A DNA stretch of 32,000 nt from Candidatus Pelagibacter ubique HTCC1062 (GCF_000012345.1 NC_007205.1:930001-962000), one strand, 5' to 3'; positions 1 through 8,593 are shown, numbered from the stretch's first letter. A program made the numbers and translations. Notes: generated by a model from the sequence alone, not told the origin.

Positions 1-87
1 ACCTTTATAATTTGTGTAGGGTTTTGGAGTATTTGAATTAAATCTTTTACTTTCACCTCCAGCAAGTATTATAAAGCAACTATTCAT
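1..87 (-). CDS. Nucleotidyltransferase N-terminus, IspD-like (2-C-methyl-D-erythritol 4-phosphate cytidylyltransferase); partial, runs off the window start
   Basis: Minus-strand reading from ATG (87..85) gives MNSCFIILAGGESKRFNSNTPKPYTNYKG. ILAGGxSxR followed by PKxY is the N-terminal nucleotide-binding signature of IspD/MobA-type transferases. ispD(F) commonly lies divergent from the ntr cluster in alphaproteobacteria. Only 29 codons are visible and the ORF is absent from the track because it is truncated. Confidence 0.5.
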   Translation of the reverse strand, partial: MNSCFIILAGGESKRFNSNTPKPYTNYKG

Positions 88-120
88 GATAAAAATATAT
101 AACACATTATTTTGTTCAAA

Positions 121-1902
121 ATGATTGATTTTATTAAAAAAAATATATTCATCATTCTAGTATTTTTAATTACTTTATTCATAGGTTTTATAACTTTTTT
201 AACGTTTATTGATAAAAGTTTTTTAAAATTATCTGATGACAATCTCCAACTATTATTAATTGGAAATATTGCATTGTTAATACTTCTTTTTTTTATGATA
301 TTTTCAGAAGTAAGAAATTCTTTAAAGATAGATGTTGATGTAAGTGGCTCTAAAGCCAATAGAAAATATATAACATTCTTTGCATTATTTACTTTAATTC
401 CTTCGATTTTAATTTCTTTATTTTCATTATTTCTCCTTTCATTTGCTCTTGATAAATATTTAGATAAAAAAATAACAACAGCTGTTAATAATTCTTATGA
501 AATTGCAAAAAGCTATACTGAGGAAGTTAGAACAAAAACACAATCAGAAATAATTTTAATAGCATTTGATTTAAACAAAAGTATCAATTTTTTAAATACA
601 AATATTAATCAATTTAAAAGTTTTCTTAAAACTCAAAAACTAATTAGAGGTATGGATGAAGTTCATATTATTGAAGGTAATGGAAATTTATATTTATCAA
701 CTTTAGAAGATACTACTTTATATACACCTCCTTTAAGTGATGCTTTAGAAATGGTCCAAAATGATAAAAGACCACTTAAGATTATTAATGCTTATAAAAA
801 TCAAACAGCATCTATTATAAAGCTTGAAAACTTTGAAGGTAAGTATTTATATATTGTAAAGTATTTAGATAAAAAAATTTCTCAATATTTACTAGAATCT
901 CAAGAAGCTCTTAATTTTTACTACACAGTTTTAAATAAACAAACCGGGATTAAGATATCATTTGTATTTATTTATCTAGTTATAGTTTCACTATTATTAT
1001 TTTTATCCATATCAATAGCTATAAGATTTTCATCAAGATTTTTTAGGTCTATTAATAATTTAATTATTGCATCATCCAATATTGGAAAAGGTAATCTAGA
1101 TATTAAAGTACCAGAAATTAAAACTGATAAAGACATGGAGATTTTAAATCAAAATTTTAATTTAATGATAGATAAATTAAAATCACAACAAGAAAAAATT
1201 ATAATAAAAGAAAGACACGAAGCTTGGGAAAATTTAGCTAGAAAATTAGCTCATGAAATTAAAAATCCACTCACACCTATTCAATTAACTATCGATAAAT
1301 TGAAAAATAAATATTCTGAAAAAATAGCAGATCATGAAAAAGAAGATTTTTCCAAAAGTTTATTAATTATTGGAAAGCAAATTAAACAAATTGAAAATTT
1401 AGTTAATGAATTTTCTGATTTTGCAAGAATGCCAAAACCAATTCTCAAAAATAACAACCTAGTTTCTTTGATAAAAGATAATGTTAAATTAATAAATGAA
1501 TTAGATAATGAAATCATAATTGATTTTAAATCAAGTAAATCTAAAATTCTTTTAAACTCTGATAGTGAACAATTAAGCAGAGTTTTCTTCAATTTAATTA
1601 AAAATTCTATTGAAAGTATACAGGATAAGAAAATTAATAATGTTAATTTTAATGGAAAAATCGATATCTCTATAAATGAGAATGAGGAAATAATTAACTT
1701 CATAATTATCGATAATGGATTAGGATTTGGAATATTTAAAAACAATATAAAAGACATTCTAAATCCTTATTTTACAACTAAAAAAAAAGGTACGGGCTTA
1801 GGTTTATCTATTGTTAATAAAATAATAAATGATCATAATGGTAAAATAAATTTTATATCACTTGAAATGGGTGCAAAAATTGAAATTACATTTACAAAAT
1901 AA
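121..1902 (+). CDS. ntrY: Sensor histidine kinase, NtrY-like (N-terminal TM helices, HAMP-like linker, HisKA H-box, HATPase_c)
   Basis: H-box LAHEIKNPLTPI and G-boxes DNGLGF and GTGLGLSIV are present, with hydrophobic N-terminal segments. The gene sits immediately upstream of an NtrX-type regulator. The track start at 112 is a TTG; the first ATG is at 121, so I use 121 (the start is uncertain by 3 codons). Confidence 0.85.
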   Translation: MIDFIKKNIFIILVFLITLFIGFITFLTFIDKSFLKLSDDNLQLLLIGNIALLILLFFMIFSEVRNSLKIDVDVSGSKANRKYITFFALFTLIPSILISLFSLFLLSFALDKYLDKKITTAVNNSYEIAKSYTEEVRTKTQSEIILIAFDLNKSINFLNTNINQFKSFLKTQKLIRGMDEVHIIEGNGNLYLSTLEDTTLYTPPLSDALEMVQNDKRPLKIINAYKNQTASIIKLENFEGKYLYIVKYLDKKISQYLLESQEALNFYYTVLNKQTGIKISFVFIYLVIVSLLLFLSISIAIRFSSRFFRSINNLIIASSNIGKGNLDIKVPEIKTDKDMEILNQNFNLMIDKLKSQQEKIIIKERHEAWENLARKLAHEIKNPLTPIQLTIDKLKNKYSEKIADHEKEDFSKSLLIIGKQIKQIENLVNEFSDFARMPKPILKNNNLVSLIKDNVKLINELDNEIIIDFKSSKSKILLNSDSEQLSRVFFNLIKNSIESIQDKKINNVNFNGKIDISINENEEIINFIIIDNGLGFGIFKNNIKDILNPYFTTKKKGTGLGLSIVNKIINDHNGKINFISLEMGAKIEITFTK

Positions 1903-3257
1903 TGAGTACTGAAATATTAATTATTGATGATAATGCAGATATTAGAAACATTATTAATGATCTAATAATTGAAGCTGGTTACAAAACAAGATTAGCTGCA
2001 AACTATAATCAAGCATTAAATGAGATTGATAAAAAACTCCCAGATGTTGCAATAATAGATGTTAAGTTAGATAAAAGTGACAATGATGGTTTAGAACTGT
2101 TATCACACATCAAAACTAAGGATAAAAATATTCCAGTTATAATAATTACAGGGCATGCGAATGTTGAAATGGCAATCAAAGCTTTAAAAGCTGGTGCTTT
2201 CGAATTTATTGAAAAACCTTTTAATCAGGAAAGATTATTAAATTTTATTAATAGGGCTGTTGAAAATTTAAATCTTAAAAATAAGAATAAAGAATTTGAA
2301 AGTAAACTTTTTTATTCTTATGAACTAATTGGTGTTAGTGACAATTTTAAAAAAATAAAAGATCAAATAGATAAAATATCAGTTTCCGAAAGTAGAATTT
2401 TTATCAATGGACCTACTGGCTCAGGTAAAGAGTTGATAGCAAGAAAGATACATAAAGAATCCAAAAGACAGAAGGGTCCTTTTGTTATTCTGAATGGCGC
2501 ATTACTTGATATTAAAAAATATGAATTAGAATTATTTGGTGAAGAAAAAAATAATGGCTCTATAACTTATGGCGCTTTAGAGAAATCAACAAAGGGTATA
2601 CTTTTAATAGATGAAATTTCTGAAATCCCACTTGATACTCAATCTAAAATTTTAAGAGTTTTAATAGATCAAAAATTTAGAAGAATTAATGGCAGCCATG
2701 ATATTAATGTTGATGTAAGAATTATATGCTCATCTAGTAAAGATATAAAAAAAGAAATAAAAAATGGTAATTTTAGAGAAGACTTATATCATCGACTTAA
2801 TGTATTTGAAATTAACATCGACCCTTTAAAAGACAGGGTTTCAGATATACCTTTGTTAGTTGAATATTTTTCTGAAAAAATTTCAATAAACTACAATTTA
2901 AAAAAACTAAGTATTGATACAAATAATAAATATTTACTCAATTATGATTGGCCAGGAAATGTTAGAGAATTAAGAAATTTAATAGAGAGAATAGCAATAC
3001 TTGCGCCTGATAGTACTGATAAAATTTCAAATATTATTAAAGAATCTCTAAAAACACCTGATATTAGAAATATACCATCAGAAAACTCTTTATCTATACC
3101 ATTAAAAGAAGCTAGAGAAAATTTTGAAAAAGAGTATTTAACTACCCAATTAAAAAAATTTAATGGCAATATATCAAAAACTGCCGATTTTATTGGAATG
3201 GAAAGATCTGCCTTACATAGAAAGCTTAAAGGTTTAGGGATCAAGGAATTAAACTAA
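1902..3257 (+). CDS. ntrX: Response regulator with receiver + AAA+ + Fis-type HTH domains, NtrX-type (no GAFTGA motif)
   Basis: Receiver domain with DVAIIDVKL, Walker A GPTGSGKE, Walker B LLIDEI, WPGNVRELRN, and a C-terminal HTH ISKTADFIGMERSALHRKLK. The start overlaps the ntrY stop (TAATG at 1900..1904). Confidence 0.9.
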   Translation: MSTEILIIDDNADIRNIINDLIIEAGYKTRLAANYNQALNEIDKKLPDVAIIDVKLDKSDNDGLELLSHIKTKDKNIPVIIITGHANVEMAIKALKAGAFEFIEKPFNQERLLNFINRAVENLNLKNKNKEFESKLFYSYELIGVSDNFKKIKDQIDKISVSESRIFINGPTGSGKELIARKIHKESKRQKGPFVILNGALLDIKKYELELFGEEKNNGSITYGALEKSTKGILLIDEISEIPLDTQSKILRVLIDQKFRRINGSHDINVDVRIICSSSKDIKKEIKNGNFREDLYHRLNVFEINIDPLKDRVSDIPLLVEYFSEKISINYNLKKLSIDTNNKYLLNYDWPGNVRELRNLIERIAILAPDSTDKISNIIKESLKTPDIRNIPSENSLSIPLKEARENFEKEYLTTQLKKFNGNISKTADFIGMERSALHRKLKGLGIKELN

Positions 3258-4649
3258 ATGAATATTATAATTTGTGGAGCTGGTAGAGTGGGCTTTACTA
3301 TCGCAAAAATTTTAAGTGAGCAAGGACACTCAATAACCATAATTGATCAATCAAGTGAAGATATACAAAAGATTGATGACACACTAGATGTAAAGTCTAT
3401 TGTGGGTAAAGCTACTTATCCATCAATCTTGGAAAAGGCAAACGCAACCGAAGCTGATATGATTATCGCAGTAACTCGTAATGATGAAATTAACATGTTG
3501 ATATGTCAAATTGCATTTTCAATATTTAATGTTCCAAAAAAAATAGCAAGGATCAGATCACAAGATTATTTAAATCCAAAATTTACAAAAGTTTATAATA
3601 AAGAAAATTTACCAATAGATGTTATTATCTCACCTGAGATTGAGATAGCAAAGTCACTTCAAAGAAAACTAGAAGCCCCTGGTTCACTAGATAATGTTCC
3701 TTTTGCTAATAATAAAATTAGATTGCTTGAGATTTTGATAGATGAAAATTGTCCAATAAAAGATATCAAACTTAATGAACTTACAAAAAAATTTCCAAAA
3801 CTTAATTCTAATATAATGGGAGTAATTAGAGATGAAAAATTTGTTTTATTAAAAAAAACGGATGTAATGCTTAAAGAAGATAAAGCTTATGTTGTAATTA
3901 ATGCCTCACAAATGAATGAAACCTTAGCAGCCTTTGGTCATACAGAAAAAATTTCTAATAAAATTTTAATAATTGGAGGAGGAAATATAGGATTTAACTT
4001 AGCAAAAAATTTAGAAGAAAGTTTTGATTCTGCAAGAGTTAAGATAATAGAAAAAGATAAGGAAAGAGCAGAACTTATTGCAAGTCAATTAAATAACACA
4101 ATTGTTATAAATGGAGATGCTTTAGATGAAGAAGTTTTATTGGAGGCAAATTTAGAAGAGGTTCAAACTGTTTTGGCTCTGACAAATGACGACGAAGATA
4201 ATTTAATGATAAGTGTATTGGTTGAAAAATTTGCTAAAGACAATGATGAATTAAGTGACAAAAGAACTATGGCTTTAATTAACAAGCCTAATTATTCTCT
4301 TTTACAATCTTCTTTAAAAATTGATGATTTTATTGATCCTAGAATGAATACTGTATCAAGTATCTTAAAACACATTCATAAAGGCACTATTGAAAATGCT
4401 TATAGTATTTTGAATGGTGAATATGAGATTATTGAAGCTGAAATTATTGAAACTTCAGAGTTAGTAAATAAAGAGTTAAAAAATTCTAACTTACCAGATG
4501 AAATAAGAATAGGTGCAGTTTTAAGAGGTGAAGAAGTAATTATTCCTAGATCAAATTTTGTATTTAAAAAAGAGGATATTGTTGTTCTTTTGGCTAATAA
4601 AGATTTCTTACATGTTGTAGAAAACATGTTTCGTATAAGCTCTATTTAA
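3258..4649 (+). CDS. trkA: Trk potassium uptake system, NAD-binding peripheral subunit TrkA
   Basis: Two Rossmann GxGxxG motifs (IICGAGRVGFTIA and IIGGGNIGFNLA) with two RCK-C-like halves; length about 460 aa. The gene starts on the base after the ntrX stop. Confidence 0.92.
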   Translation: MNIIICGAGRVGFTIAKILSEQGHSITIIDQSSEDIQKIDDTLDVKSIVGKATYPSILEKANATEADMIIAVTRNDEINMLICQIAFSIFNVPKKIARIRSQDYLNPKFTKVYNKENLPIDVIISPEIEIAKSLQRKLEAPGSLDNVPFANNKIRLLEILIDENCPIKDIKLNELTKKFPKLNSNIMGVIRDEKFVLLKKTDVMLKEDKAYVVINASQMNETLAAFGHTEKISNKILIIGGGNIGFNLAKNLEESFDSARVKIIEKDKERAELIASQLNNTIVINGDALDEEVLLEANLEEVQTVLALTNDDEDNLMISVLVEKFAKDNDELSDKRTMALINKPNYSLLQSSLKIDDFIDPRMNTVSSILKHIHKGTIENAYSILNGEYEIIEAEIIETSELVNKELKNSNLPDEIRIGAVLRGEEVIIPRSNFVFKKEDIVVLLANKDFLHVVENMFRISSI

Positions 4650-4653
4650 TTTA

Positions 4654-6063
4654 ATGAAATACTTTAAACTCATTTACTTGAGTGTTTTTTTTGGAATAGT
4701 TTCAATTTTAGCTTTTTTTAATATCACTTACTCTTACTATCTAAACCTCTATCTAAATCTAAATACTTATATATTTACATTTATAGTCTCTATTCTTTTA
4801 ACAATATTATTTTATTATTCAAAAAATAATGATGAAAAAAAAATAACTATATATGATAAAATATTAACAATACTTCTTGGTTATTTTTTATTACCACTAG
4901 TTATTTCTATACCTTTTTATTTTAGTATTTATAATTTAACTTTTGTTAACGCTTTCTTCGAATCAATTTCTGGATTTACCTCAACAGGCTTTACTATTTT
5001 TAACAATATTAATCATATTGATCAAAGCTTAATATTATGGAGATCTGCATCTCAATGGATAGGGGGTCTTTATTTTTTATTTTCTATAATACTTTTAATT
5101 GATATTTTTGATCATAGTTTTAAAAAATCTTTAACTAATTTTTTATCTTTTAATAAATCTGAAACATTCAAGCAAGCATTTAAAATTTTTTTATTTTATT
5201 CATTAATTACACTTTCAATTTTTATAATTCTAAGTTTATTTGATATTAGGTTATTTAATTCTCTAAATTTAGCAATGACCATAATTTCATCAGGTGGTTT
5301 TTTACCATCTAATAATTTGTCTAATATATTGGTCAATAATTCCCAAGTTATAATTATATCAACTTTATTACTATCTTCTTTTTTTAGTATTTTTTTAATT
5401 TACAATTTAATCTTTACAAAAAACCATAACCTTAATTTCTTTAATGAAGATATTCATCTGTTATTTTATTTCTTATTTTTGTTGATTATTTTTTTTGTAT
5501 TTTTAAATTTTGAAAATAATTTTAGTGAATTATTTTTATCCTTAACGAGCAGTATTTCTAATGTAGGTTTTTCTCTTAATAATTCTTCTAATAATTTATC
5601 TTTTGTTTTTCTAATACTTGTTATTATTGGAGGATCTTTTTTTTCGACAAGTTCTGGTATTAGGTTTTTAAAAATTTATTCTTTATTTAAATATTCAATT
5701 AACGAAATTCTTTCTTACAGTAGACCTAAAAATATTTACATAAATAAACACTTGTTTTCAAAAGATACATTTAAATTAGATGAAATTTATAAATATTTTT
5801 TATCTGTAATAGTTTTTATAATTTCTTTATTAATTTTAACCTTTCTATTAACTTTAAGTGAAATTGATTTTGAAAGCTCTTTTAAACTCTCAATATTAAC
5901 CATAATGAATACAGTAAATTCATCAATGTTTGGGTTGGCTGATTTTAGTTTTTATGATCTACATTTTATCACTAAGTATTATCTTATTTTCTTTATGATT
6001 ATTGGTAGACTAGAGCTTCTAACTTTATTAATTATTTGTAAAAAATTTCTTTTTAAAAATTAA
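4654..6063 (+). CDS. trkH: Trk-type K+ transporter membrane subunit TrkH
   Basis: Polytopic membrane protein following trkA by 4 nt. It carries repeated pore-loop-like motifs (SGFTSTGFT, SSGGF, SNVGFS, TSSGIR) typical of TrkH/KtrB. Confidence 0.85.
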   Translation: MKYFKLIYLSVFFGIVSILAFFNITYSYYLNLYLNLNTYIFTFIVSILLTILFYYSKNNDEKKITIYDKILTILLGYFLLPLVISIPFYFSIYNLTFVNAFFESISGFTSTGFTIFNNINHIDQSLILWRSASQWIGGLYFLFSIILLIDIFDHSFKKSLTNFLSFNKSETFKQAFKIFLFYSLITLSIFIILSLFDIRLFNSLNLAMTIISSGGFLPSNNLSNILVNNSQVIIISTLLLSSFFSIFLIYNLIFTKNHNLNFFNEDIHLLFYFLFLLIIFFVFLNFENNFSELFLSLTSSISNVGFSLNNSSNNLSFVFLILVIIGGSFFSTSSGIRFLKIYSLFKYSINEILSYSRPKNIYINKHLFSKDTFKLDEIYKYFLSVIVFIISLLILTFLLTLSEIDFESSFKLSILTIMNTVNSSMFGLADFSFYDLHFITKYYLIFFMIIGRLELLTLLIICKKFLFKN

Positions 6064-6094
6064 ATTCGTACTATAAATATACAAATATTAATTT

Positions 6095-6171
6095 GCGCTC
6101 TTAGCTCAGCTGGATAGAGCATCGGTTTTCTAAACCGAGGGTCGGTGGTTCGAGTCCACCAGAGCGCACCA
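6095..6171 (+). tRNA. tRNA-Arg (anticodon UCU)
   Basis: Hand-folded cloverleaf: acceptor GCGCTCT/AGAGCGC, D-stem GCTC/GAGC, anticodon stem TCGGT/ACCGA with loop TTTCTAA (anticodon TCT), T-arm GGTGG-TTCGAGT-CCACC, and an encoded CCA. It forms a GC-rich island in AT-rich DNA. It decodes AGA, visibly the dominant Arg codon in this window. Confidence 0.95.
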
Positions 6172-6280
6172 TCACTATATGTAACACATTGTTTTTAATG
6201 GAGCACAACATATAGTTAAAACAATTCTAAAAACTAAAATTTTATTTTGATGCGAGTTATAAAATGTTAAACATCTGACT

Positions 6281-6315
6281 TAATTCAAATCATTTTGAAT
6301 TATTTGTTAACAAAT
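6281..6315. promoter_or_regulatory. Two abutting perfect palindromes upstream of aapJ (candidate operator sites)
   Basis: TAATTCAAA-tcat-TTTGAATTA spans 6281..6302 and ATTTGTTAACAAAT spans 6302..6315. They are followed by the SD AGAGGA (6329..6334) and the ATG at 6342. No regulator can be assigned. Confidence 0.3.
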
Positions 6316-6341
6316 AAATAAATAAAACAGAGGAATAAAAT

Positions 6342-7382
6342 ATGTTTAAATACGTAAAACAATTAACTTCTCTAGTTGCTATGGTTGCAGTTCTGTTTAC
6401 TTTTACAACAGAAACAATGGCCGCTAAGAAGTCAAAAACTCTTAAGAACACTCAGAAAAAAGGTTTCGTAAGATGTGGTGTATCTCAAGGTCTACCTGGA
6501 TTTTCAAATGCTGACGCTGCTGGAAATTGGACTGGTGTTGACGTTGATGTATGTAGAGCGGTTGCTGCTGCAGTATTAGGTGATGCGAACAAAGTTAAGT
6601 TCACTCCACTAAGTGCTAAAGAAAGATTCACAGCTCTAACTTCTGGTGAGATTGATATCTTATCAAGAAACACAACTTGGACACTTTCTAGAGATGCTGA
6701 CATTGGTTTAACATTCGTTGGAGTTAACTTCTACGATGGCCAAGGTTTCATGGTAAGAAAAGACTCAGGAATTACTTCTACGAGCCAATTCAAAAATGGA
6801 ATTTCAGCATGTACTAACATTGGTACTACAACTGAACTAAACATGAGAGACTTCTTTAATTCAAAAGGAATTTCTTATGAGCCAGTTGCTTTTGAAAAAG
6901 CTGATGAAGTTGTTGCAGCTTATGACTCAGGCAGATGTGACACTTACACAACTGACAAATCTGGTCTAGCAGCACAAAGAACAAAAATGACTAACCCTGA
7001 TGATCACGTAGTGTTACCAGAGACTATTTCTAAAGAGCCTCTAGGACCTGTTGTACGTCAAGGTGATGCAGTTTGGGAAGACATCGTAAGATGGTCACTA
7101 AACGTAATGATCGAAGCTGAAGAGTACGGTATTAACTCTGCAAACGCTGACATGATGAAAACTTCTGAAAACCCACAAATCAAAAGACTTGTTGGTTCTG
7201 AAGGTGAATTAGGTGCAGCATTTGGTTTAGATAACGATTGGAGCTTAAGAATTATCAAACAAGTTGGTAATTATGGAGAAAGCTACAAGAGAAATATCGC
7301 TGATACTGGTATTTTACCTGACAGAGGTCCAAACCAAATTTGGACTAAAGGTGGACTACTATACGTACCACCAGCAAGATAA
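6342..7382 (+). CDS. aapJ: General L-amino acid ABC transporter, periplasmic substrate-binding protein (AapJ/YhdW family)
   Basis: Signal peptide ending TETMA-AKK. Family-3 solute-binding pattern (GFVRCGVSQGLPGFS, IDILSRNTTWT, GVNFYDGQGFMV) with a PPAR C-terminus. It is followed by two permeases and an ATPase of the polar amino-acid type. Confidence 0.9.
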   Translation: MFKYVKQLTSLVAMVAVLFTFTTETMAAKKSKTLKNTQKKGFVRCGVSQGLPGFSNADAAGNWTGVDVDVCRAVAAAVLGDANKVKFTPLSAKERFTALTSGEIDILSRNTTWTLSRDADIGLTFVGVNFYDGQGFMVRKDSGITSTSQFKNGISACTNIGTTTELNMRDFFNSKGISYEPVAFEKADEVVAAYDSGRCDTYTTDKSGLAAQRTKMTNPDDHVVLPETISKEPLGPVVRQGDAVWEDIVRWSLNVMIEAEEYGINSANADMMKTSENPQIKRLVGSEGELGAAFGLDNDWSLRIIKQVGNYGESYKRNIADTGILPDRGPNQIWTKGGLLYVPPAR

Positions 7383-7401
7383 TTATTATCTAACAAAACA
7401 T

Positions 7402-7435
7402 AAAAAGGGCTAGATTTATCTAGCCCTTTTTTTAT
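7402..7435 (+). terminator. Rho-independent terminator/attenuator between aapJ and aapQ
   Basis: GGGCTAGA (7407..7414), loop TTTA, TCTAGCCC (7419..7426), then a T-run (7427..7434). The A-run on the 5' side makes it nearly symmetric. It is the only GC-rich hairpin with a T-tract I found in the window. Confidence 0.85.
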
Positions 7436-7447
7436 AATACTCATCAC

Positions 7448-8593
7448 ATGAAATTAAAAAAAATCTTACCTCAACTATTAACATTATTATTTATAGTTTT
7501 AATATTTGGTTTCTTTACCATGAATGCTCAAGAGAACATGGATACAAGAGGTATCGAATTTGGTTTTGGTTTTTTAACTCAAGAGGCATCATTTGATATA
7601 CAATTTTCTTTAATTGATTATGATGGGTCACACTCCTATGCAAGAGCATATCTTGTTGGATTATTAAATACACTCTTAGTAGCTTTCATTGGAATTATTT
7701 TAGCTACATTATTGGGTCTTATTGTTGGTGTTGCAAGATTATCTCCAAATTATTTGATTAGAAAAACTGCTTCTTTTTACATAGAATTTTTTAGAAATGT
7801 TCCATTATTATTACAGATTTTCTTTTGGTATTTTGCAGCTCTAAGAGCTCTGCCAATGCCTCAAGATGCTACATTATTATTAGGTTCATCTTTTATGACC
7901 ATAAAGGGACTTTATACACCAGCTCCAATTTGGACAAATTTCGATATTTTTTTTACAACGTTAATTGTAGCAATGATTTTAATTTTCTTTTTTGTCAAAT
8001 TTGCGAAAAAGAAACAAGAACAAGAAGGAAAACAATTGCCAGTATTAATTATCTCATTAGCTATTTTTATAGGTCTACCACTGTTAACATTTTTAGTGGG
8101 TGGTGTTGATTTATCTTTTAGCTTTCCAGAATTAAGAAAAATGTCTCAATCTTCTTACACATTTGATGGGGGTATGGGTATACCACCTGAGCTAATTGCG
8201 CTAACTTTAGCCTTAACTCTCTATACGGCAACTTTTATTGCAGAAAATGTAAGAGCAGGTATTCAAGGTATTGGTAAAGGGCAAAAAGAAGCTGCTGCAT
8301 CAATTGGTTTAACACCAAGCCAAGTTTTGAAATTAGTAATTATGCCTCAAGCGTTAAGAATAATTATACCACCTACTACTAATCAATATTTAAATTTAAC
8401 CAAAAACTCTTCTTTAGCAGCAGCAATTGCTTATCCAGATCTAGTTTTAGTTTTTGCGGGTACTGCAATGATGCAAACAGGAAAGGCAATTGAAATTGTT
8501 GGTATTACAATGGCCACATATTTAACTATTAGTATAGCAATTTCATTACTAATGAATTGGTACAACCAAAGAATAGCGATAAAGGAAAAATAA
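7448..8593 (+). CDS. aapQ: Amino acid ABC transporter permease (AapQ/YhdX family)
   Basis: Polytopic permease with the EAA-type loop ENVRAGIQGIGKGQKEAAASIGLTPSQVLKLVIMPQALR. Confidence 0.9.
   Translation: MKLKKILPQLLTLLFIVLIFGFFTMNAQENMDTRGIEFGFGFLTQEASFDIQFSLIDYDGSHSYARAYLVGLLNTLLVAFIGIILATLLGLIVGVARLSPNYLIRKTASFYIEFFRNVPLLLQIFFWYFAALRALPMPQDATLLLGSSFMTIKGLYTPAPIWTNFDIFFTTLIVAMILIFFFVKFAKKKQEQEGKQLPVLIISLAIFIGLPLLTFLVGGVDLSFSFPELRKMSQSSYTFDGGMGIPPELIALTLALTLYTATFIAENVRAGIQGIGKGQKEAAASIGLTPSQVLKLVIMPQALRIIIPPTTNQYLNLTKNSSLAAAIAYPDLVLVFAGTAMMQTGKAIEIVGITMATYLTISIAISLLMNWYNQRIAIKEK

Noticed and set aside
6172-6341. A riboswitch or structured leader upstream of aapJ. Also considered upstream of the XRE gene (10612..10785) and valS (12611..12738).
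   Set aside because: I could not recognise any conserved riboswitch core (glycine, SAM, TPP or others) by eye. The regions are extremely A/T-rich with only short hairpins. This cannot be excluded without a covariance-model scan (Rfam/Infernal), which would be the decisive test.
6342-7382. G/C-enriched patches (aapJ, ilvD at 15366..17084, the Ldh_2 gene at 19453..20451, and the tRNAs) as possible horizontally acquired DNA.
   Set aside because: The enriched segments coincide exactly with highly conserved, Gly/Ala-rich or highly expressed genes and with structural RNAs. They sit in conserved synteny without mobility genes or boundary repeats. Amino-acid composition and translational selection explain them better than foreign origin does.
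8557-8592. Longer N-terminal extensions proposed by the ORF track for aapM (8557), serS (28278), xthA (21249) and ntrY (112).
   Set aside because: All four track starts are TTG codons located inside the preceding gene or spacer. In each case an ATG just downstream gives the canonical family N-terminus and a TAATG or short overlap junction, like the other junctions in the window.
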